Source: an uncultured bacterium (lineage in GTDB: Bacteria > JAJVIF01 > JAPKYR01). From it: DNA of 54,201 nucleotides. A program made the position numbers and the translations under genes. Positions within the stretch are counted from its first letter, which is position 1, and each line of letters begins with the position of its first letter. The notes under the pieces are model-generated. The model ran no database searches. It was given only the letters and a program-made list of their open reading frames with translations, and had not been told where the DNA came from. Of this stretch, positions 47,038 through 54,201 are shown piece after piece. The stretch spans positions 1 through 54,201 of the forward strand of contig CBDURU010000012.1 of assembly GCA_965369865.1 (NCBI GenBank), read 5' to 3'.

Positions 47038-48087
47038 TCACATTATTCCCTTCGGTTCTTTCAGGTGAAACTCAACTTCATAGAAAAGCAGTTTCACGTT
47101 TGGAACTGCGCTTATGGCATAATGGAGCGAATCGTCTGCTTCATGGCAGATAATAAGGCCATGAACCTCATCATCACCCTCGGCAAGATGACGTTTTACC
47201 CATCCAATATATCTGAGAAGCTGACCGACTGTCTGGTCGCTTGTCTGGTTTCTTTTCAGTTCGACAACAAGCCAGTGGGATTTGGTTTTATGCTTCGCAA
47301 GCAGATCGATGCGTCCAACATCGCATGGGAATTCATACCCGGCTTCTTCATCACCGGGCCTTGAATAAAGCGCCCACTCTTTGCCTAGCTCAACGAGTTT
47401 CCAGTTGTCTCTTAGAAACTCGTGAAGGTGGCGCTCAAGGCCAAATAGCTGCTCACCTTCTTCTGTTGTCACAGGTTCATCCTGACCGCCAGGAGGAATC
47501 ACTGAGGAGTGTTCCTTGTCGGAAAACCACCACAGGGCATCAAGCGTCCACAAGTCGGTTTGAAGTTCGTCGCGAAGCTGGAGAAGAATCTGATTGACCT
47601 TTACGTACCAATTGCCGAAAGAAATGCCTCGAACAAACTCAGGCCAAATGCCAAGGCGTACCATCACCGCTTCCGAGCGATTATTCCATACCCCATATCG
47701 GTCTGGATGTGTTACTAACAGAATACTTGTTGCCAGATTTTTTCCCATCCCGGAAACCATTTCATTAGCTTCATCAAGTCTCTCAGCAACAGGCCTGTCT
47801 TCGTCGATTAGAATTGATAAACCTTTTCTAAGAAGAGTCATATCGGAACACATCCGCGACCCGTGCCTGTTCAAACCTGTCCAATGATGATTATTTTCCA
47901 GAAGCAGGAAACTCCAAAATTCCTCCTCAGTTATTTCGGGCACATGTTCAACCGAGAAAATCGGTTGAAACCGGGCAAGAACCGCATCTTTCGGTTCTAC
48001 GATTTCCTTGTAGATCGTTGTTTTTTTAATATTAATAAGAGCTTCCCGTAACTTTCCGATCACGTCAGCCGATATAGTCTGACTCAT
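47038..48087 (-). CDS. NucS/DUF91-like PD-(D/E)xK endonuclease with N-terminal recognition domain
   Basis: LERHLHEFL, GRIDLLA, VVELKR, VGQLLRYIGWV. Confidence 0.82.
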   Translation of the reverse strand: MSQTISADVIGKLREALINIKKTTIYKEIVEPKDAVLARFQPIFSVEHVPEITEEEFWSFLLLENNHHWTGLNRHGSRMCSDMTLLRKGLSILIDEDRPVAERLDEANEMVSGMGKNLATSILLVTHPDRYGVWNNRSEAVMVRLGIWPEFVRGISFGNWYVKVNQILLQLRDELQTDLWTLDALWWFSDKEHSSVIPPGGQDEPVTTEEGEQLFGLERHLHEFLRDNWKLVELGKEWALYSRPGDEEAGYEFPCDVGRIDLLAKHKTKSHWLVVELKRNQTSDQTVGQLLRYIGWVKRHLAEGDDEVHGLIICHEADDSLHYAISAVPNVKLLFYEVEFHLKEPKGIM

Positions 48088-48097
48088 TTTCGCACCT

Positions 48098-51000
48098 CTA
48101 CCTTTGCCTTTTATTGTAATGCCTCAACGTCGCTTCCAGCCTTGCGTGATAATCCCAGCCTTCGTGGAATGTCTCGAAAATGTGAACAAGGTGCTTTTCG
48201 GTCAGGCCGTACAGATGCGCGACGACCGCGTCGAGTTCGTGAATCATGTCAAGCTTTTCATCCTCGGGAAGCGGTCCCCATTCGACCCCGACTTCCCCAG
48301 CCCATTCAGCGAATCGCTCATCGGGTGACGCAAGCCGTCCTGACAACGCGACTGTCTGTTTCCAAAGCGGATTATCGCAAGATGGTCGGGGAATCGGGAA
48401 GGGATTAAGAACAGAAAAAAGAAGGTGGAGTTCAACAAAGCGACGAGCATACCAATCAAGAGATAATGAAGATAACACCGCAAGCAGGTATGCTTCATCT
48501 TTAGAATTCCCTACAGGCCATAGCAGAAATGGGGCAAGATGATTAACAGTAACCCTTGGAGGGATAAGCACCGCAATAACAGTCCTTGTATTAGTCCGGT
48601 TTGTAATATCCCGGAATGCTATTCGTGGTGCAAAGCAAGGCAAATTGTCAGGATCATCTAGGTTGACCCTGGCTGCTGTGAACTCACTGAATGGTGATTT
48701 GGAATTATTCCGTGCCCTCACTCGCTTGCTTTGGAGATATTCAACAAGTTCGTCAGGATCAACCCATGCATAATAATGCGATTCACCACGATCAGGTTCC
48801 CAGATATCGAACGATTCTCCTTTATAAACAGGCCAGTATCCCTCAGGACATCTCTCTGAGAAATCCATTCTTTTTTTATCATTTGTTGCATGAAGTTCTG
48901 AGTATGGTCTAGCGCGCCATTGCTCTGGTTTATTCAAATCCATTGGCAGATCAAGACGCGGTGACTTTCTCAGTTGTTTGAAAACATCAGAGGACTCTTC
49001 GGCGGGAAGCAATGGCAATGAAGCGTCATCCGTCCAAGTCATCACTTCATCAACCGGGAATCGAACAGGCTCGGCTTCTTTTCTCTGGACAGGACCAAAC
49101 CGTTTTAAACTTCTGTACGGACCACGGATGGGGATAATCCGATCACCGTCTGTCTGCAAGCGACAGAATGATGCCAAAACAATTGTGTACCGATGTTCCG
49201 CATCTGAAAACACCCATCCACCTGTGTTCAGCAAGAATGTCAAATCCTCTATCATCCCTGACTTGAAGAGCTTTTCCCTGAACGTTTTACTACCCTTTGC
49301 CTGAAATGCCGATCTTGGAAGGACAACCCCAGTTCGACCACCTTCACGAAGAAGATACCAGAAGCGCCAGCAGAACGCTTTATACAGGTCAGGATCACCC
49401 GTTCCCATTCCGGGAAACGGACCTGTAATAAGCGCATGCCGTATAGACTCAGCAATTGCGGTTTCACGCGTCAATTCAGCAATGAGATCAGGTCTTTGCT
49501 TCTCATACTGCTTTTTCAATTTACCGGCTTCGCGCTGTGAAAGGCTTTTGAAACCCGGAAAATGCCGAGCCCAGAAACCATGCTCCTCGACACGGGCTTT
49601 CTCCCATGGTGGATTACCGATGATTACGTCAAAGCCGGGATTGTCCCGCTTGAACACTTCCGGGAACGCGATCGGGAAATGAAACGGCATGATATCAGCA
49701 AAAGCTTTCTTTGCTTTTTTTAGCCAAGGAGTAAACACCGGGCTCTTCGGGTTGAGATTGTCGGGATTGCCTAGATACTCCCCGCAATCCTCATCCAGCC
49801 TGGTCGCTGTCAGCATAGTGAATTTCTGACTTGTTGTTTCGACAGCCCTCCTTGCGGCATTATGTTCATCCCTTGCGAGTCTGATCTCAGCAGCGTCGGC
49901 ATCACTCAGTTTGGCAAGTTTCTCAAGAGGTTTCAGCGCGGCTTCGAGTTCTTTTCTCATGAACAGGACATGCCCTGAGCCTAACTCCTCGATCTCATCA
50001 AGCGCGCCGATCCCGACAAGGGAATTCCCGCACACGAGGTTATGATCGAGAAACGCAAGCGGTAGTCCGGGAACGAACGTATGAATCCATAGCGACACCT
50101 GCGCAAGCTTGACTGCCATCGGGTTGATATCGACACCGTAGATGCACCGTCGCGCGATCTGCCTTCTCAGAAGCTGTCCATTTTCAATGTCAGGCGGATC
50201 AAGCTGAACCTTTTCGAATGCTTTCTTTGAACTTGCTCTCAACCTTGCGAATTCCTCAGCCACCCCCGGAAATTCCCGCTCTTCGAGTTCCTTTTTTGCA
50301 AGGTAGTCCATGAACTTCTGCTCGATACGGTCAACTGCCGCCACAAGGAAGTGGCCCGATCCCATCGCGATATCGGCAACCTTGAAGTCAAAGAACGCAT
50401 TCTCAGCATCGGCGTAGTCCATCTTGTTAAGTCTGGCAAGGTGTTCATCAAGGGCGGGATCAAGTGAGTATTTCAACAGATGCTCAACCGCGAACTGTGG
50501 AGTGTAGTAGGAGCCTGTTTCCTTACGCGCACCGCTCTTGTCGTGAAGGTAGAATTCGCCCTTGCTTATGGCAATCTCTTCATTTTTCTTCGTGGGACGG
50601 TAGAGATCACCCTTGTTTGTTGAATCGACAGCCAGGTCTTCCCGTGCAATCGCCAATTCACTCTCCAGCAAGCCCTCGTAGATGGTGCCAAAATCGCGGA
50701 TTGATAGCGTTCTGAAATCAACAGGACCGAGAAGATCATCGTCAGTTTCGTCGATCAGAAGGTATCGGAGTATCGGCCCGAACACATTATTAGGGAGACT
50801 CAAATTTGCGATATCAGCCCCTTCTCTTGATATATCGGCATCCGATGAAAACAGTCCGCCGTTATAGGAAGGGATTCCCCATTCGATGTTGCCTTTGTCA
50901 ACCGCCTTGAAGACAGTGTTTATGTCGTTCCAGTGAACGTCGAGCGTATCAAAATCCTGTTTACCCTCGACCAACTCCAGAATTTCCTTAGCCTTTGCTT

Positions 51001-52132
51001 TCAGTGATTTGCTTTTATAAAGGCCTGATGTTGCCGGAAGCAGGTCCTTGTCCTCGGCGTACGCGATCAGGAGAAGCCGGAAGATGATTGTCAGCGTGAC
51101 GGAGTAGAGATGTTTGGGATCGATTTTCGAACGCGATCCCGCAGTCATTTGTTCAGCGACAGCTTTCGCGAGATTAGGGACAACATCAAGATACACCCGC
51201 GCACGAAGACGTTCGCCAAGATCAACCGCAAAACGGGTTGAGTCATGGTAAATCTGCTCGAAAGTGCCCTTGGGAACAAGCGCATCGCCTGACAGCAGGA
51301 GCCAGAGATATCCAGCCTGATCGGGAGGAAGAAGGTCGAGATGGAATTCAAGGAAAGTTTCAGTACGCCCGCGTCGTCCGACACCGACTGTTTCATCGGT
51401 TGCATAGAGCCGGATCGTCGGTCCATCGATAAGGATCACATACGGCAATCTCTCATCACTGGCAACTCTGAGACCATGAGCCACGGGAGAGAAAAGGGAA
51501 TACTCACCGGGTTGATCGAAGGATTCCGCCGGGTCAAGCAGCAGAGCAACCGCAACTTTCTTACTATGGGCATAAAGAAAGCGTTTTCGGTCACCTGCAT
51601 CCCTGATCTCGTATCCAAGCCCTGTCAGGAGTTCCCAGTCACGAAGTCCGCGCACCTTTGCCCCTTTGGAATTGGCGGTTTCCCAGTCACTACGATCGCG
51701 AACAACATTCTCAAGTGTATACCATGCGAGAAGATACTCATTACGCAGACCGGGGATTTTCCGTTGTATACCCGGCAGCGCGAAATTCCGGAGGAACCTT
51801 TCTGCATCGTGGGAATTTGGGGAATCAAGCGCAGCAAGGCAGATACTCTCAGCCGTCTCTGGAGAAATATCTGGGAATATGTCACGGGTCTGATTTGTGT
51901 GACCGTACAGAGTAGCTTTCTCGCCGTGCTCGATCACGAATAGACAAGGTATCGCCCTTCCTTTAACCCATTGGTTCCACAGATTCCCCATCGTGGTCTT
52001 GGTCGGGGTCCTTTCGGCGGTGTAATAGACTATCTCAACTGGGCTGTGTCCTTGCCCGAATAGCCATCCGACTGGCACTACACCACCATAAGGCTTGAGT
52101 TTGATCGTCCGTAAGTTAAAAGATTCAAACAT
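48098..52132 (-). CDS. Large Eco57I/type IIG-like N6-adenine DNA methyltransferase (DrmMI/PglX-like)
   Basis: YNGGLF, GTIYEGLL, GSYYTP, DIAMGSGHFL, GVDINP, IIGNPPW, C-terminal TRD. Confidence 0.92.
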   Translation of the reverse strand: MFESFNLRTIKLKPYGGVVPVGWLFGQGHSPVEIVYYTAERTPTKTTMGNLWNQWVKGRAIPCLFVIEHGEKATLYGHTNQTRDIFPDISPETAESICLAALDSPNSHDAERFLRNFALPGIQRKIPGLRNEYLLAWYTLENVVRDRSDWETANSKGAKVRGLRDWELLTGLGYEIRDAGDRKRFLYAHSKKVAVALLLDPAESFDQPGEYSLFSPVAHGLRVASDERLPYVILIDGPTIRLYATDETVGVGRRGRTETFLEFHLDLLPPDQAGYLWLLLSGDALVPKGTFEQIYHDSTRFAVDLGERLRARVYLDVVPNLAKAVAEQMTAGSRSKIDPKHLYSVTLTIIFRLLLIAYAEDKDLLPATSGLYKSKSLKAKAKEILELVEGKQDFDTLDVHWNDINTVFKAVDKGNIEWGIPSYNGGLFSSDADISREGADIANLSLPNNVFGPILRYLLIDETDDDLLGPVDFRTLSIRDFGTIYEGLLESELAIAREDLAVDSTNKGDLYRPTKKNEEIAISKGEFYLHDKSGARKETGSYYTPQFAVEHLLKYSLDPALDEHLARLNKMDYADAENAFFDFKVADIAMGSGHFLVAAVDRIEQKFMDYLAKKELEEREFPGVAEEFARLRASSKKAFEKVQLDPPDIENGQLLRRQIARRCIYGVDINPMAVKLAQVSLWIHTFVPGLPLAFLDHNLVCGNSLVGIGALDEIEELGSGHVLFMRKELEAALKPLEKLAKLSDADAAEIRLARDEHNAARRAVETTSQKFTMLTATRLDEDCGEYLGNPDNLNPKSPVFTPWLKKAKKAFADIMPFHFPIAFPEVFKRDNPGFDVIIGNPPWEKARVEEHGFWARHFPGFKSLSQREAGKLKKQYEKQRPDLIAELTRETAIAESIRHALITGPFPGMGTGDPDLYKAFCWRFWYLLREGGRTGVVLPRSAFQAKGSKTFREKLFKSGMIEDLTFLLNTGGWVFSDAEHRYTIVLASFCRLQTDGDRIIPIRGPYRSLKRFGPVQRKEAEPVRFPVDEVMTWTDDASLPLLPAEESSDVFKQLRKSPRLDLPMDLNKPEQWRARPYSELHATNDKKRMDFSERCPEGYWPVYKGESFDIWEPDRGESHYYAWVDPDELVEYLQSKRVRARNNSKSPFSEFTAARVNLDDPDNLPCFAPRIAFRDITNRTNTRTVIAVLIPPRVTVNHLAPFLLWPVGNSKDEAYLLAVLSSLSLDWYARRFVELHLLFSVLNPFPIPRPSCDNPLWKQTVALSGRLASPDERFAEWAGEVGVEWGPLPEDEKLDMIHELDAVVAHLYGLTEKHLVHIFETFHEGWDYHARLEATLRHYNKRQR

Positions 52133-52261
52133 TGCAGGAGGTAATAATATCAGGTTTTTTATTTGGCATACAGTAAATGTTTAAGATGAGACCAGTCCTC
52201 CACTAATGTTATATGGTGCAAGCATGTTGTTCAACATGTCAAGCTTATCTGGTAGAATCTG

Positions 52262-52918
52262 TTGATAACCGATATTGAAGGTGTGGGAATGCCACTTAGT
52301 GCTTTGGTTAACGGTAAAGAAGTAATCGCGGCCTTCTGCTCTGATTTTGTGTGGAAGGATATTAGTATTTCCAGAAAGAAGGGTGATGTCACCGTTGAGT
52401 GTTGCTTCTGTGGTGCTCCTGTATACTTGCGTAAAAGAAAGGGCACGAAACATTTCGTACATATGCCAGGACAAAAGTCAGAAGACTGTGCATATGTTAA
52501 TGAATCCCTTGAGCATCTAATGGCTAAGTCAATTATTGCATTGGCCTGTCGTGAAGCGGGATGGGATGTTAGAACTGAGGCGGGGGGTAAGGGTTATAGA
52601 GCTGATGTACTCGCAACTGATGATGTGATGAAGTGTGCGTTTGAAGTCCAGTGGAGTCCACAAAACTTTGAGGATACTCTGGAACGAACCTTTAATTACT
52701 ACCGTGACTTTGCATCGGTAGTTTGGTTTTTCAAGGAACCGCCTGAAATCCCATGGGGTTACGCATTCATGGATGACATTATTTTTCACATGACGCAAGA
52801 TGAGGAGGGTCAATTCCTTGTGCATCACAAAAGGGGAATAATCCCATTAGCAGATTTCGTAAAGGCCAAATTGCCAAAACCGTTCAGGTATCCTTGGGCA
52901 CACCCAATATCGAAATAA
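52262..52918 (+). CDS. CoiA-like nuclease domain protein (start possibly ATG 52289)
   Basis: CCFC..HFVH..C zinc motif, ESLEH..AK, RADV, AFEVQWS. Confidence 0.8.
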   Translation: MITDIEGVGMPLSALVNGKEVIAAFCSDFVWKDISISRKKGDVTVECCFCGAPVYLRKRKGTKHFVHMPGQKSEDCAYVNESLEHLMAKSIIALACREAGWDVRTEAGGKGYRADVLATDDVMKCAFEVQWSPQNFEDTLERTFNYYRDFASVVWFFKEPPEIPWGYAFMDDIIFHMTQDEEGQFLVHHKRGIIPLADFVKAKLPKPFRYPWAHPISK

Positions 52919-52949
52919 TGAAAATCCCACTCTTACGTGCTCGTGGCTG

Positions 52950-53094
52950 GTTCCAGGGTACTAGACCCTTACTCAGCCCTTCAGCGACCCTTCCAGCGCA
53001 CGTGAGACATATGGCAGAAAGTGATAGCTGAAAGCCCGCATCAGAAGTGGTGTACAGAGCACGTTTTTCAGGAAATTATGCTATAAGGGGAGAC
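52950..53094 (+). repeat. Degenerate direct repeat copy 1 (566-bp period)
   Basis: Shared blocks with 53517-53660: TTCC.GGGTA, GCGACCCT, ATGGCA.AAAGTGA, TACAG.GCA.GTTTTT, exact GCTATAAGGGGAGAC. Confidence 0.65.
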
Positions 53095-53182
53095 ACAATT
53101 GTCATATATCGGTACAGAACCCAAGCTGTGAGTTTTGAAGCTAGTAGATACGAAATACGTAGCATGTAAAAGGAGGATAGTA

Positions 53183-53482
53183 ATGTCTGATTTATACATT
53201 GATTTATACACTGTTTTATACACTGTTTTGATAATGGGTGGAATATTGCTTGCATCCTTTGCATGCGGCCTAGGTTGTGCCACACTTGCAATGGAAAAAG
53301 GGTATGGGGTTATCGGCCCATTCATCGTGGGATTCTTTTTTTCCATCATCGGGTTGATTACGTACGCCGGACTTCCTGATCTAAAAACCAGGGAACTGTT
53401 AAGGGAGATAACCATCTGGCATTCTGACTCATCTGGACCAGAAACTCATAATGTTAGGAAACGGAAGGTCGAACCACAATAG
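53183..53482 (+). CDS. Small two-TM membrane protein
   Basis: AGGAGG SD at 53171-53176 before ATG 53183; hydrophobic helices around A.EKG motif. Confidence 0.7.
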   Translation: MSDLYIDLYTVLYTVLIMGGILLASFACGLGCATLAMEKGYGVIGPFIVGFFFSIIGLITYAGLPDLKTRELLREITIWHSDSSGPETHNVRKRKVEPQ

Positions 53483-53516
53483 CCACTACTTTGGTTCCTC
53501 ACACCCCCGCCAGCGT

Positions 53517-53660
53517 TTTCCGGGTATCTTACCCCTACCCGACCTATTTGCGACCCTCAGGCACCCTCTCTCGTCACATGGCACAAAGTGAATCCCGAAG
53601 GGTGCATGGATAGCGGGCTACAGGGCATGTTTTTAGCCTCATAAAGCTATAAGGGGAGAC
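53517..53660 (+). repeat. Degenerate direct repeat copy 2
   Basis: See copy 1; exact 15-mer at 53646-53660 equals 53080-53094. Confidence 0.65.
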
Positions 53661-53977
53661 GTGGTATGGAAAACCTGCCATAGATACAGAAAGGGACTGA
53701 ATTAATTAGAAACAGTCCCTAGAATTCATTGCCTCGTACCCCTGGCTGGTTTGCCAGGATGCGGTGAACACTATAGTGTTGCCCTTAATTTATGCTACAT
53801 TTATGAACTTGTCAAGTTTTTGACAATTTATGATGGTCTAGATGAGGCAAAATTCGGATGCATCAGGAGTTCTAGTGCCCCTCTCACGCGAACCTGGGAC
53901 GCGGTACACCTAATGCCTTCAACCCTCGCTCAAGTTCGGTGAGGTCGTTCGCTGTAAGCCATTGTATAAGGGCTAGG

Positions 53978-54041
53978 CAGTTGGGAGAGCGCCTGCCTTG
54001 CACGCAGGAGGTCACCGGTTCGAGCCCGGTATGCTCCACCA
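53978..54041 (+). repeat. attR core (displaced 3' part of tRNA-Ala)
   Basis: Identical to 33404-33467; lacks the first 12 nt of the tRNA. Confidence 0.95.
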
Positions 54042-54054
54042 CCCCGCCCAATAT

Positions 54055-54083
54055 ACCCTTTGGCAAAACGTCGAAGGGTTTTT
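54055..54083 (+). terminator. Original host terminator of tRNA-Ala, displaced beyond attR
   Basis: ACCCTTTGGC/GTCGAAGGGT stem (with GU pairs) plus T-run. Confidence 0.7.
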
Positions 54084-54201
54084 AATAACTACTTCCCTTA
54101 CTTGAGTATTTAATCACTCTAATGTCAATTCATTTGACTTTATTTTTAATCGTGATATCATTAGTTCAGAGGAAAGTTTTTTAAATCTGTACTTAGTAGG
54201 A

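Larger units (their letters stand above)
33404..54041. mobile_element. Integrative element (~20.6 kb) inserted in tRNA-Ala
   Basis: Identical 64-bp direct repeats at both ends, integrase at left end, replication and defence cargo. Confidence 0.93.

Noticed and set aside
43732..52132. Complete DISARM or BREX system
   Set aside because: DrmA/DrmB and PglZ/BrxC are not present in the element
33404..54041. Prophage or conjugative ICE
   Set aside because: No capsid, terminase, tail, relaxase or T4SS genes recognised
53978..54041. Second functional tRNA-Ala
   Set aside because: Lacks the 5' acceptor strand and most of the 5' D-stem; it is attR
53884..54066. Independent 60-aa gene
   Set aside because: It is the att core frame plus the excision-specific integrase tail; its start lies in the host terminator with no SD

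Overview
Bacterial chromosomal window (host not identifiable from sequence) with three parts. (1) 1-22 kb is semi-accessory: an archease-rtcB operon followed by an AT-rich islet (short HicB-like ORF and a DUF5677/HEPN-like ORF), trxB, purine nucleoside phosphorylase, two predicted GT-C glycosyltransferases with TPR tails (O-antigen-ligase-like and DUF2723), a Ser/Thr kinase, and five unusually large (~380 aa) paralogous type IV pilin-like genes of two alternating subtypes. (2) 22-33 kb is housekeeping: plsX-fabH-fabD-fabG-fabF (no acpP) and rpsP-khpA-rimM-trmD-rplS-lepB-rnhB-yraN. (3) A complete ~20.6 kb element is integrated in tRNA-Ala(TGC), bounded by a 64-bp direct repeat (33404-33467 and 53978-54041). 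It encodes a large serine recombinase whose 3' end runs antisense through the att core, so excision would swap the stop codon for a 31-aa extension. It also carries a DnaB plus Pgp2-like replicon resembling the chlamydial plasmid, with ~22-bp iterons, a tyrosine recombinase, a beta-clamp homolog, a nucleotidyl-cyclase-like ORF and a three-gene MTase / NucS-like / PLD-SNF2 defence-like operon. No capsid or conjugation genes were recognised. Family calls come from motif recognition by eye, not database searches.
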